From Cycas panzhihuaensis (Eukaryota; Plantae; Cycadophyta): a stretch of DNA of 64,000 bases. Below the pieces are notes generated by a model, which had not been told where the DNA came from, made no database searches, and saw only the letters and a program-made list of their open reading frames with translations. Both the position numbers and the translations under genes were made by a program. Shown here one piece after another: positions 24,681 through 38,621 of the stretch. The stretch is from positions 144,591,741 to 144,655,740 of the forward strand of contig CM041465.1 of NCBI GenBank assembly GCA_023213395.1. The letters are read 5' to 3'. Positions within the stretch are counted from its first letter, which is position 1. Every line of letters starts with the position of its first letter.

Positions 24681-25440
24681 AAACATAAATTAGATTTATG
24701 GTCAATTTTCTCTCTTGCATGCAAAAACTATTTCTCATCATAAAAACCACATTATTAGGTGTTGTAAGCAAAAGATAGTTGCTAATACTAAAGGTCAAAG
24801 ATCAAGTGTTATGGATGCTTCCATTTAAGTTCTTTTAGCTTATATATCAAATACTTTTTGTATTGAAGATTCTAGTTGTTAATATCATACTTCAAATGGC
24901 TATTAGATTTCTAGTTGTCTGTATCATATGACAACAAATCAATAGTGTTTAGATGCTTTCAATCATGATGTTTGTTTAGGTGAAAAGATTATTATAGAAG
25001 ATGATGTTGAGAATCCTATTATAGGTGCATACAGTGCTAATTTCAAAAATGGATCTATTGATAAGGCATATTAGAAAAATATGGTTTATGGGCCTACTAG
25101 TGTGACACAAATATGTTCAAGTAAAACATTTAGCTCTTGTGCATTTTCTATCTTATGGTGTTACTCTTGGTTCAAGTATGCCTATTTCAAGTATCATACC
25201 TATTTCTAGTTCCTAAGACCTTGATGGTACTCAAAATGGTTCTCATAATTTGGACAACTTTCATGTGATTTTAGACAATTTTGGCGATATGGTTGATATT
25301 AGCTTAAGTATTCTTGTTCTAAGTGGTCCGAGTTCTATTTTTTTTTACTCTGAGATTCTTAAAGAAGATAATTTTCATCATATAGATGATTTTGTTGATA
25401 AGCATGATTCTTCTAAGCATTCTGTTGATTTACATGATGG

Positions 25441-26719
25441 TATTTATTAATAGAGGGGGCTTTGTTTCTCCTACCCAAAATGATACTTAAAGCCAAGGTA
25501 CATCTTAGATAGAGGTAAATCTTACACAACAAGTGCCATGTGTTCTATGTCTGATAGAAATGTCTAGTGGCTTTTAATGAAGAAAGGTTCTTTACTCATA
25601 ACATAATATTACCTTTTCTTACCAAAACAATCAAATAGGGCATGTTAAAGGCTCTTACTTGGTTTGTCATTTGGTGTACACCTTTGTTTGATGTTTGTGT
25701 GTGGCTTCTTTCCTTTCCAATCCTCCTCCAGTAAGACAAGGTCATAAGAAAACTACTAAGAACTTGTTAACTGTGAGAGAAATCCCAAATAAACTTGTAT
25801 GTAGATGAAGCAAGGTTGCCTCAATGTAGAGATAAGGCATGTGAGTGTCGCTTATAGTCACTTAATAGGTCTTTTAAGTGACAAACAAGCAAGAAGAGAA
25901 TAAGAAAAAGTAAAATGAAACAATAAGATGATGTGAAAGAGAATCGAACTAAACAAATAATGTTATCTCCACAAATGATAATCAAAATCACTTATGAGAG
26001 TGTCTCACTTGATCATCGACAAGTAGGGGATGAAAATGACATGAACATTAATTAATCAATCTCGCTTCAAATACTTGAACCAAAGGAGGAGAATGCAAGA
26101 AGCATTTATGGTGAAATGAAGTGGGAGAAGAGAGAATAAATCTTAAAATTTATTATGAAGTTAGTTTTAAGGTTTAATAAGCATAATGCGAGTAGAAAAT
26201 GATAATAACACTCATGTTGACCAAAACAAAATACCGAAATGTGCATTGACTCGTGTTTAACCCACGTGATAGGCAACTCAGATGAGGTAATTGATCTATG
26301 CTTAACTCACATAAGCTAACTTAGAGGAGTAAGAACTCGTTCCAACTCAAGATGGTCACTCAGAGGAGCCAAAAGAGGGTGTGAAACAAAATAAAAGAGA
26401 AGTTGTTATAGAAGAAATGTGTCATAGTAATTGTCATGAGTGTTGACTTAGCCTCAAAAGTTGTGCCTCCATAATGTGAGTGGTAATAGAGGAACATATC
26501 CCATTTCCATTGTTAGCATGTGGGGGGTGTAATATGCATAGACAAATACAAGTAAATGTTGAATCAAAATGCATTGGAAGGGAAAATCACAAATGATTGC
26601 AAGAAATCAAATGTAACATAAGGCAAATGACAATGAAATGATGCATATCTAATGAGAGAGATATGAGTCATACCTAATGTTTTTAGATTGAGGGCAAAAG
26701 GCCTAAAATCAGAGAAACA
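25441..26719 (-). repeat. 3' LTR of E
   Basis: Homologous to 49499-50965 (e.g. aaggttctttactcataacataat, aatgtgagtgg..gaggaacatatcccattt). Confidence 0.85.
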
Positions 26720-28099
26720 TTTGCCTCCTTAGCAATAAAGATTAGTGGAGCTCATATAATAAAAAGTGATCATTGTCAATACCATATCTTGTGTTTATAC
26801 ATACAATATTATCAATAATCGATATCTATTTCCAAGCATATGTGTGAATGTATTATACTAGGGATCAAATCCAGAATGTGTGGTTTTGCAATTATGTGAG
26901 TGTGTCAAAGAGTATTATGCAAATATAATGTCAACCAACTGTTTTAGAAGTCTTAGCTTGAGGTACATGAATGATAGAGGGCAACAAAAAACTAAGTAAG
27001 TGGATAGAATGAACAACCCTATGCTAAACACAACACTATTAGTGTAATCCAGGATAATCCAAGCAAGTGGTAGAAGGATTAGTATTTCACTAGCTTCCTT
27101 TGTATGTATGAGCAAGCATTACAGCGGGAAATGAATTGGGAGTGTGCAGGAATCAATTGGGAGTGGAAATTATTTAGAGATATGGAATCTCAATGTTTTG
27201 ACTAAGATCTCTTGATGGCAAGGTATCAAAGGGTGAAAACTTTAGTAACTCATACCATCTAGCTATAACAATCATTCATATAAATGCACACCAATCAAGT
27301 TTACAGTTTAGTGAATGACAATGTGAAATTGTATGAAACAATCATTGTTGAACCTTGATTTATATATGTGAAATCAAATAGGTCACGCATCAATGAATGA
27401 CAAGTGAGACTTGTAGGTTGGTCACCATTGAACCCATGGATGTGTCGATGTGTGTGTGTGAAGTCACTCAAAGGTTGATAGTTCAATGAATTACAATGCA
27501 AGATTTATAAGCAAGTCATCATCGAACCCATCAACATGTTGATGAATATGTGAGGGTTAATTTTTCTCTTTTTTTTTTGTACTTTTTATCAAGTCTTATA
27601 ATTTTTATGTGAGCCATATCAAATATTTTGCAATGTTTTTTTTGTATGACAATTCAAGTCTATGGTTCAACAAGTGATAAATGAAGCTTGGGAACTAGTA
27701 ATTGTTGAGTTCGTTGACGATCTTATTGTGAGAGTGTTAAATGAATGTTTACCTTTGAGTGAGAATGGGGAGAAATCAATCTATTTAATAATGCATACTA
27801 GTGTGAGTATATTAGCTATGCGCATGTTTAACAAAATATGAGCCTAACAATACCCTAAATAACTATCTTATTTGGTCACACCGTAGGAATATTGAGAGTA
27901 TGCCAATCGAATGACGATTCCCAACTTTGATCAAGGGTATTCACATGAAGGAAATACATGTAAGGAGAATAATAGTGTGTGATTGACTAGTCCAAGTGAT
28001 CTTATGTTGTAGTGATTATGAGATATCACACTAGTGAACGTAAGTGTGAGGAATATCAAACTAATACCTGAGCGTAAAGTGACAAATGGTATAAGTGCA

Positions 28100-28495
28100 T
28101 GTACTTATTTTATACTCATGGTAGAGTGAGGTTTCTTGCATTTCTTTTGCATTTATATGTATATGAGATAATTATACTCATGTTGGTGTGTGTGTGAGAC
28201 AATAGTTTATGCTCATTAACAGTCTGAAATTTTAGAGCCATAATTTATCTTCATTACAGAGGAAGTTGTAGTTTATACTCATTGTGGAGTGAGTCATAGT
28301 TTATACATGTTTCGGAGTTTAGTGCCATAGTTCATCCTCATAACGAAGTGTTTATCGTAGTTCATCCTCATTGCAGAGGTAGTTAGAGTTTATACTCATT
28401 GCAGAGTTAGTCATGGTTTACACTCGTTATAGAGCATGCATCATAGTTTATATTCATTGCAAAGTGAGTTGATACTCATTGTAGAGTTGAGTGCC
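28100..28495. repeat. Degenerate ~28-30 bp tandem array in the 3' internal region of E
   Basis: Repeated agtttatactcattgcagagtgagtcat-like units. Confidence 0.85.
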
Positions 28496-28989
28496 CCCAA
28501 ACTATTAACTTGAGGGGAGCACAATATTAATAGATAAATCTATATCAGGATTTTGAATTAGGAAGGATTGTGGGGAAGCTTCATGTGAGTGGTTAATTTC
28601 ACAATGTACATGATGTATTAAGTCAACTAGATAAGAAGGAAGTTTTGCCAAGGTATAACAATAATTATGGATGGATTGAAAAATAGTACACAATTCTTCT
28701 AAAAACTACTTATACTGAACCAAAATATCAGCCATTAAATACAAATTGCAACTGCAAATAAGTTAAAAATAGTAGTCTAGAACTAAATAGTGATAAAGCT
28801 AAATATCATATAATTGATGAACAAATTATATATACAATGATACTCAAAATAATCAAGTGATGAAGCTAGAGTACTAAGTCAGCGATAACAACTAGGAAGA
28901 ACTTTAGTAGAATATACTTATATTCAAGTCAGTTTTTTAGCCATGTTGGAAGTCAGCGAAATTGAGGGGCTTGCTACAAGTCCCACCCC

Positions 28990-31534
28990 TTGAAAATGTT
29001 GGGGTACTATTGTAACTATTCCTCTATTTCCCATGTTGCATCACTCTTATCTCCTGTCTTCCGCTTAATAAGATGTCCTTTGATTTCCCTAGAATGTAGA
29101 TTTTTGATGCGTTCTTGCAAAATGCCTTTTGGTTGTACTGACATCTTTCCTTCTTCGTCTAATATGGGCAAATCAGTTTGGATTGGAACACTTTCTCTAA
29201 GTTTCTTTTTGAGACAAGATATGTGGAATGTGTTGTGGATTCGACAAGTTGAGGGAAGTTCTAACCGTTATGCCACTTTGCCAGCCTTGACTGAAATTTT
29301 GTAAAGTTTGAAAAATTTTTGTTGTAATTTATTATGACCTGTTTGCTTAAGATTGACTTGTTTGTATGGTTACAAACAGATGAATACCCAATCCCCAACC
29401 TCAAATGTTTATTTCGATCATTCAATTGTGAGCCATATTTAGATTATCCTTTAGCACTTCCAATATTTTTCTTGTTTGATGTTGGTGTTCTTATACTGCC
29501 TAGACTTTGGAAGGTCTTGTCTAGCTCAAGATCAAAGGTGGTTCAAAACCATACAATGCTTGGAATGAAATCATCTTGGTGGCAATATGGTATGTTGTGT
29601 TATACCGCCATTCTTCTAAGTGAAGCCATTTGTGCCATTGGTGTGGTCTTTCAATAATAAAATTACATAAATATCCTTCAAGGCATTTGTTTATTGTCTC
29701 GGTTTGTTCGTTCATTTGCAGATGATATGCTATACTTATATTTAGCTTAGTACCAGTTAACTTGAATAGTTCTTGCCAGAAATGGCTAGTAAATTTGGGG
29801 TCACATTCGTTGATGATTACCTTTGGGAATCCATGGAGTTGATACAACTCTTTGATGAACAACTTTGCTATTTGAGATGCTTTAGCAACTGTTTGTGTTC
29901 ACCGAAAGTGTGCATGTTTGGTTAAGCATTCTACTACTACAAAAATGGCATCTTTACCTTTTGATTTAGATAGTTTCGTGATAAAATCTATAGATACCTC
30001 CTCCCACTTTTGTTCTAAAACATGTAGTGGGTGGAGTAAACTGGGTATTTTTAGATTTTTGCTACAGTTCTGCTGGCAAAGATCACATTCTGGTACAAAC
30101 TCATGTACATCTGTTTTCATCCCTTTCTAGAAAAAAAATGTCCCTAATCTTCTAATAAGTTTTATTTATTCTTGTATGGCCTGCTGACGTTAAGCAATAT
30201 GCTTCATCCAAGATCTTTTTTATTGTAGCAGCCACAAGAATTAGCACTTTTCCTTTTCTTAGGATTAATTTACCCTAAAGAGTATACTTGGTATTAATTT
30301 CCTTCTCGATCTCTTGCAAAGCTTTTTGGGAATGAATATCATCAGCGTAACCTTGGATTAATTCCTTAGTCCACCCTAAAGTTATCATTGTAAAGTTCTT
30401 CAAAGAAACTAGGTTGTCCTCTTGAGTTTTTTCTAATGATCTAGACAATGCACCTGCTATGATATTTTCCTTTCCCTTTTGTAAACTGTCGAGAAATCAA
30501 AGGCTTGCATTCTACTCACCCATTTCTATTATTCGTCTATTAAGGATGCTCGGTTAAGGAAGTACTTCAAGCTATTGTGATTCATTTTAATAATGAACTT
30601 GTTTGGTAACAAGTATTGTTGCCATTGGTGGATGGCATGCATGATGGCCAACATTTCTTTATCATATATGGGTTTGAGACATTCCCAAGCATTGAGCTTT
30701 TGGCTTTTGTATGCAATCGACTTTCCTTCTTGTAAGAGTACCACACCTATACCAAAACTTGATGCATCACATTCGGTAATGAATGGGTTCGTGAAATCGG
30801 CCATTGTTGAAAAACGCTTTCAACCATTTATGCCCACTTAATTGCATCTTTCTTAGTCAGATCCGTTAAAGGAGTGGCTATGTGAGTATAATCCTTATTA
30901 AACTTGTGTACGAATCCTGTAACTCCCAAAAATCCATGTATTCTTGACACATTTTTCAGTGTTGGCCAACTGACGATTGCTTCATTCTTCTTTGGATCAA
31001 TTCGTACCCCTTCTGAAGTGATCATATGACCCAAATATTCTACCTTGGTCTAGCCAAATGAATATTTTTTCCTCTTGGCAAAACAGTGTTGATTCTGTAA
31101 AAGTTAAAGAATAATATGAATATGTTCTATGTGCTCTTGCCAAGTGTGGCTATAAATTAAGATATCATCAAAGAAAACCAAAAGGAACTTTCATATGTAT
31201 GGCTTGAAAATCTAGTTCATCATGATTTGAAAGGTCATTGGAGCATTTGTCAACTTGAATGGCATAACTCGAAACTCGAACAATCCTTTATGCGTACGAA
31301 ATGTCATTTTGTTAATGTATTCAATTTTAATGCAGATTTAATAATACGCAGATCGTAGGTCAATTCTAAAAGGTCACTGATACTTGAAATTAGGTATCTA
31401 TTTTTGATGGTTATCTTATTAAGAGCCCGATAATCATCACACATTTGATGAGATCCATCCTTCTTCCTGGAGAGTATGACTTAAGAGGTGAATGGACTAG
31501 TGTTGTGAGTGATGATACCCTATTGTAAGAGTTC
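28990..31534 (-). pseudogene. pol: F pol 3' part: RT, RNase H, integrase, chromodomain
   Basis: VFFDDILIY, ECDASSFGIGVVL, SIDFITKL, AYHLQMNEQTE; chromodomain-like PKGILQER..LIK..SDATWE near 29000-29130. Confidence 0.9.
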
Positions 31535-31539
31535 ATGCA

Positions 31540-34500
31540 TGTAGCGGAAGCTTTTAACTTAATTCAAAATAATTCAACAATTCGCAGATACTGGTCTAAT
31601 ATAGATTTCTTCAATCTCAAATAATAATGAATATAGGAAATTCACCAGAAAACACCGAAATAAAGTAATGGAAATAGTACTAATAAAGGTAAATATATTG
31701 TGCAAAATACAAACAAGATATCCTTACTCAATGACTGCCCTTCGAGGCGGGGATCCTCCAAATATCTCAGGCCAAAAGGCCGAGCCAACTGCAGCCCTAG
31801 AGCCGAAAATGTAGAAGAGATCCAATCCGAAGTGATGATACCAAATGAGGCTTTCCTCCCTATTTATAGTGGTCGATTATTATCTTGTTTGAAGTCGGCC
31901 AGAATTAAGATAGTTCACTGGGAGTGAACCATTAATGAAGTCGGCGGTAAGACCGCTTTCGTCGGCTAATATTCCTGCTCATTTCGGGGTTTAAGTCGGT
32001 TGTGCCCCTAAAGAGAGGGTTTTCCTGGAACGCAACAAGCCCCCCCCCCTGAAAACAATGCTTTGCCCTCAAAGCATTGGTAGCTTTGGAAATTGCTGTA
32101 TCCATTCGTCTGACTCCCATGTCGCGTCTTCTATATCCAATGTCTGCCATTTTATGAGGTACTCTTTGATTTGTCTTGTTTGAAGTTGCACAGTGCGAAT
32201 TTGGAGTATCCTTCCGGTTCTAGCATAATTTTTCCTTCTTCATTGAGTTCGCAAGGATGTTTGTGGTACTATCTTGTCACCAATCTTTTCTTCGTGCATG
32301 AAACATGAAAGGTATCATGGATCTTGCTTGTTGTCGAGAATTAAGTTTGTAGGCTACTTCCCAATTACATCAAGTATTTGATATGGTCCAAAATATCGGG
32401 AGCAAGCTTTTGTGTCTTCGCCTTGTTCAATGACGCTTGTTTGTATGGTTGTAACCGAGAAAACCCAATCATCTTTCCGAAGCTCCTTTTCGATCATTGC
32501 GCATCCGCCACGCTTCATCCTGCTCCTTGCCATTGCTAAATTGTCCTTAAGAATTCTAATTGTGTCTTCCATTTGCTTTTGGTGTTCTTGGACGGTTTGA
32601 ACACAGGATGATCCATTCCATGTCAATAGAGATGGCTACTGTATCCGTAAAGAGCACGGAATGGCGTCATCTTGGTCGAAGAGTGGTATGTTGTATTATA
32701 CCACCACTTTCTTAGGTGCAACCACTTGTGCCACTGATTTTGTTTATCTGAGCAGAAATTCCTCAAATAACCTTCTAGACATTTGTTGACTATCTCTGTC
32801 TGTCCATCGGTTTGGGGATGGTACGCTGTGCTCATGTGTAATTTTGTACCTGCAATTCTAAATAAATCCTTCCAAAATTTACTGGTGAACTTTGGATCCC
32901 TATCGCTAACAATACTTTTAGGGAATCCATGTAGTCTATGGATTTCTTTCATGTATAGTTCTGCTACGTCACTTGCCTTTGCTGTTGACTGTAGCCCTCG
33001 AAAATGGCTATACTTTGTTAATCTATCGACTGTGACAAAGATTGCATCTTTACCTTCTGATTTCGGGAGACCTGTAATAAAATCCATTGAAATTTCTTTC
33101 CATTTTTGGTTGGGAATTGGTAGGGGTTGTAGGAGACCTGGGGTCTTTACACATTCTACCTTATTCCGTTGACAAATGTCACATTCTGTCACAAATTTTT
33201 GGACATCTGATTTCAAGCCCTTCCAAAAGTACGACGCTTTTATCTTCCGATATGTCTTGTCTATACCGGTGGCCTCGCTCGGGACCGAATGTGCTTCTTG
33301 CGATAATTTCCTTTAATTTGGAATTTTTGGGAATGCAGATTTTGCCATTCCTAAGAATCAGATCGCCCTTTTGTTGGTATTTATCTGAATTGCTTCCCTT
33401 CATGTTATCTAGGAGTTTGTGGTATCTTGGATCTGCCATATATTCGGTTCTAATGGATTTTAACCATGAGGGCATAATTGTTGATATCAACTGCAATGAA
33501 GGACCTTCTTTCGCTTCATCTGGGATTCTTGATAATGCATCTGCTATAATGTTCTCTTTGCCTTTCTTGTATACTATTGTGAAATCGAAATTCAGCAACT
33601 TCTCGACCCATTTTTGTTGCTCATCGGACAATGTCTTCTGTTTGAGGAAGTATTTCAAACTATCATGATCCGTGCGCACTTGAAAGGAATTTTCCAATAG
33701 ATATTGTCGCCATTCCTGGATGGCGTGCATGATAGCGAGCATCTCCTTATCATATATGGGTTTGAGTTTTTCTCTGTTATTTAATTTCGACTCTCATAAG
33801 CTATTGGTCTTTCATCTTGGAGTAAGACCGCTCTATCCCGAATCCTCGATGCATCACATTCCAAAACGAATGGTTTCAAAAATCGGTGTTGTTAACACGG
33901 AGTCATTATCATGGCCTTCTTTAGATTACCAAAAGCTTCTTCTGCTTTCAGGTTCCAAACAAATGCATCTTTCTTTGTTAAATCCGTAAGGGGTGCTGCT
34001 AGGTGTGCATAACCTTTATAAACTTCCTAACAAATCTGTTGTCCCCAAGAATCCTCAAATTCTTTGTAACACTTGTCGGGGTTGGCCAATTGACAATTGC
34101 TTGTATTTTCTTTGGATCAATCCTTATACCTTCTCTAGTTATGATATGGCCTAAGTATTCTAGTTCTTTCTTTGCAAACGAACATTTCTTCTTGTTGGCA
34201 AAGAATTGATTATCACGCAAAATTCTGAAAACGTTTTTCAGGTGTTCTAGATGCTCTTCCCATGTCTTACTATAGATTAAGATATCATCAAAGAAAATTA
34301 ACACGAATTTTGCGAGGACTTGCTCAAGGTATCGTTCATGGTGCTCTGAAATGTTGCCGGCGCGTTTGTTAATCCAAATGGCATTACCTTAAATTCAAAT
34401 AGGCCTTCATGTGTTCTAAACGTTGTCTTGTAGACGTCTTCTTCTTTTATCCGGATTTGATGATATCCCGAGCGTAAATCAATTTTTGAAAAGTAATTTG

Positions 34501-37128
34501 CTCCATGAATTTCGTCCAATAGATCGTCAATGCGTGGATCGCACTGTTCTTGACTGTTAATTGATTGAGACCCCGGTAGTCTACACACATTCTATATGAA
34601 CCATCCTTTTTTGTACTGATAACAACTGGGGCTGCGAACGGGCTTGTGCTAGGGTTAATACTCCCTTGGGATAGGAGTTCGCTTGTGATTTTCTCAATTT
34701 CTTTCCGTAAATGATACGGATGTCTATATGGTCGAACGTTGACTGGCGCTGCACCTGGTATAAGTTCAATTGCATGTTGATTTTCTCGAAGAGGCGGTAG
34801 TCCTTTCGGTTCATCGAACACTGTCTTATATTCTTCTATAATTTGTTGAATCTCTGGTGGAGTATCCTCGATTTCAACCTTATAGCATGTCATAATATAT
34901 GCTGATGGGTTTTTCCTGAGGATCTTCTCCATTCTTGTGATGAGACTAGTTGTATTGGTGGTGTTGCTTATGCTGCAATGATACTTACGTCCTCCTCGTG
35001 AAAGCACATAACTGGTCATATAATTAGTGACTATATTACCCGTAGTTTGAAGCCATCGGATTCCTAATACCGCATCCACGCCACCGATTTGCATTGCAAA
35101 CATGCATGTGTTTGTGCAATATTCACCCATCCAGAATTAATATTTTTGCGTAATCCTCCAAGACGGTCGTTTTCCCATTTGCAATTGACACTTGGAATGT
35201 ATTTATTGGTTCTATTTTAATTCCAAGCTTCTTTGCAGCTTGCCTTATTTATAAAGTTATGTGTACTACCACTATCGACTAGAATCATGACAGTGCCCTT
35301 TTATCATCCCTTGGAATCAAGTGTTTGTGGTGTAACACTTTGTCTGTAATTGCTTGGAGTGATATGTGTACATTTTCTCGTATCTAGCTCCAATAGTTCG
35401 CCTACTTGACTTCCTCCGCTTTTCTTCAACTTCTTCCGAATTTCCTGGGTGCTTCTTCTTCCTCCGATATTATTGTATCTTGATTAATCATATATACCTT
35501 CTTGCCGGCGCATTGATGTTCGCGATTCCATTTCGCCCCGCATTTAAAACAAGTTCCTTTCCTCATGTGCTCTTCCTTTGTTGATGTCCCTTGATTACTT
35601 CTAATTGTTAATGGAGGCTCCGCTTTAGTTCCCCGATCCGGTTTGGGTTAAATCCTTGTGAGCTTTACGCTCGCGTGTGAACGAGGGTCTAGTTTCCCGC
35701 AGCTCGCTTCCACGCATCTTCTTTGTTTTGATTCCGAGTCTAATGTTGGCACCTCCATTGCTTTTAGACGATATCTTATTGGAGGTTTTAATCCGCTAAT
35801 GTATGTTTCCAGAAGGAGTTCTGGTGGTACGATTGTCGGAATTAGACATTGTAACACCCGAAATTGTTCGATGAACTCTTGACCGAGCTAGTTTGTGTAA
35901 TCTTGTCACCGGGCGAAGTAGTCCGTCTCCATGAGTCTTCATATTGGGTTATGAGCCCATGCTTCATGTTCCGCCTTTTACACTGCTTTCCCATCGGGTT
36001 CGAAGCCACCATGAATACCATTTCAAGGCTCGACCGCATACAAATGTAATGATGCCAAAGATACTTGCTCGTGTTCGTATCGCGTGATCGAGAAATAAGT
36101 TTCCATCTCAGAGGATCCATCCTCTTATATCCTCGATTTATCGGTCAAATTTCTCTAAGCCGATCTTTGCCATTGTCAACCCTTCGTTATTCTTGCGCTT
36201 TCTTCTTTGATATTCTCCTCCTGCTTTTAAATCTTCCTTCAAATTACTTGTATTTCCTTGTTCTATTTCCTTTTCTTGTTTGGCCCATATCGGTTCTGCT
36301 TGTGGTCCGTCCAATTTCATGTTGATTTTATGCATGAGATCTGAGAGGCCTGCTAACGAGGCCAGGATTTCCTTTCCTACTTAAATGCGAGGCGATACGT
36401 TCTCGATCGGATTGGCCTTGGCCAGTCGACATCTTCTTTTGTTGTATAACCTTCTTAGAGCGTAACTCCGTTTGGGCTCTTCTCAAAAATCCACGGGTGG
36501 GAGGGTGGGGAAATTTTTCACTTCCTTCTCGCACAAATTTTTCGCCCTTCCGAAAAAAATTTCGACTATATTCTCCGGAGACACTTTTCCACAGGATAGC
36601 TTCGATTTAAGCTCCTCGATACCACTTGTAGCGTGCTTTTAACTTAATTCAAAATAATTCAACAATTCGCAGATACTGGTCTAATATAGATTTCTTCAAT
36701 CTCAAATAATAATGAATATAGGAAATTCACCAGAAAACACCGAAATAAAGTAATGGAAATAGCACTAATAAAGGTAAATGTATTGTGCAAAATACAAACA
36801 AGATATCCTTACTCAACGACTGCCCTTCGAGGCGGGGATCCTCCAAATATCTCAGGCCAAAAGGCCGAGCCAACTGCAGCCCTAGAGCCGAAAATGTAGA
36901 AGAGATCCAATCCGAAGTGATGATACCAAATGAGGCTTTCCTCCCTATTTATAGTGGCCGATTATTATCTTGTTTGAAGCTCCAGATTAAGATAGTTCAC
37001 CGAAGTGAACCATTAATGAAGTCGGCCGTAAGACCGGCCATCGGTTTGGCCTAATATTCCTGCGCTCATTTCTGGGGTTTAAGTCAGTTGACAGGCCCCT
37101 AAAGAGAGGGTTTTCCTGGAACGCAACA
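31540..37128 (-). mobile_element. Young Ty3/Gypsy chromovirus G nested in the RT region of F
   Basis: ~500-bp LTRs 31540-32037 and 36627-37128. Perfect TSD ATGCA at 31535-31539 and 37129-37133. PBS 36611-36624. PPT 32038-32050. Confidence 0.95.
32060..36432 (-). pseudogene. gag-pol: gag-pol of G (many frameshifts, possibly assembly errors)
   Basis: LVDSGSTHNFI protease, [73 protein letters not shown]. Confidence 0.93.
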
Positions 37129-37133
37129 ATGCA

Positions 37134-38616
37134 TAATGCATTCGATCTCCCATTTGAAATGAAACAAGTGTTGATATGACCTAATGTTAACTGGGGCTAA
37201 TTGTAGGGCCAACTCAAAGGCATGTTCACACCCACGATTTGGAGGTAGCTCAAGAGGGAGCCCTTTAAACACCCTACTATACTAATCAATGAGGGTTTGA
37301 ACCTTAGATGGGGCTTCTTTAGTAATTATCTTGTAATAAGAAAGCATGAAAGAAGTGGGATTCTGTGAAGTAGGTTTTTCATTCGCTGCAACAACACCAA
37401 TTGTTCATGAGGTAAAATTGGAGCTTGTAGCTTGTATTTATGCCCCTTTTGGTGAAAGCACATGAAACGCATTCGGTAGTTGGTAACAATGTTACCTAGG
37501 GTTTACAGCGATTGGACTGTTAAAACCTTATCGACCCCTCCAATTGTCATGGCAAACATACTAGTCAAAGTTAAGTAAATAATTTTTAGATTTACTTGCT
37601 AATAGTATCTGCCACAAGGCATGGTTTTGACATTTGTGATAGCCACTTGGAATACGTTAAATGGCTTAACTGGAAGTCCTAGCTTGTCTGTTGTAGACCA
37701 ATTTATGAAGTTATAAGTACTGCCACTATTTACCAAGATCAAAACTTCCACATTTTTTATCATCATTGAGAATCGCAAGGTTTGGGGTGCGTGTACTTCC
37801 CGTACAATTGCTTGGAGAGATATTTGAATGTTATTCGGGTCAATTTTTAGGAGATGACCTATCTCAACATCATCTTCATTGCCCATGGCTTCTCCTTCCA
37901 CAATTTCTTCATCAACTTCTTCAGAAATATTTTCTTCTTCATTGCTTATCATAAACATTTTCTTGGGTGGACATTTATGATCCCTATTATATTTTTCATT
38001 GCAACAGAAATAAGTTCCATTTCTAATGTGTTCAACCCTTAATAATTGTTCTACCCTTTTTTCAGTCATAAGAGCCCTTGCTTTAATTCTAGATTGTGTC
38101 TAATTCGATATGAACTATTTGCTAGGCTGTCTAAAAAAATCAACTCTGCGAATAAGGCTTTTCCTGTTCTCTCTAAATTCTACTTTAATATTCCTTGCAC
38201 AACGAGTGAAATCGCTAAGAAGGCTTACATCTAAAGTCTTCAAGCAATACCTGATATTCCCTTTAAGCCCTATGACTTAGACCTCTATTGATTGCCATTT
38301 CATTGATATTAGCTTCAACCAAGTTGTACAAAACTTGAAATTGTATTGTATAAGCAAAACTTGAAATTGTATTATATAAGCTTGCATTGTTCTTGTATGT
38401 TGTAGCCTAGTGAGCTGGGCTAAATAAGTGAAAAATCCTTTTTTAGGGAAATTCAAATGTAGTAGATTATCCCTTTCTAGAATCTTTGCTACCAGTGGTA
38501 ATATTATAAGGCTTTTCGATAATGATACATAGCAACTACCACTAGCTTCTCCTTCTTGGTTAAGAAAACTATCTTGAAGTATACTTCCATTTGTAAAATC
38601 CAACTACGTATACCCT
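37134..38616 (-). pseudogene. gag-pol: F gag C-terminus and protease
   Basis: YFCCNEKYNRDHKC knuckle, ISLQAI, LVNSGSTYNFI protease motif. Gag continues at 43893-~44160 beyond D. Confidence 0.85.
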
Positions 38617-38621
38617 TGGAT

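Noticed and set aside
28100-28495. Short repeated units resembling a CRISPR array
   Set aside because: Degenerate head-to-tail tandem units without unique spacers, inside a plant LTR element, with no cas genes.
31700-37054. Duplicated ORFs (31700/36785; also 38556/43650)
   Set aside because: Chance ORFs inside paired LTRs, not gene duplicates.
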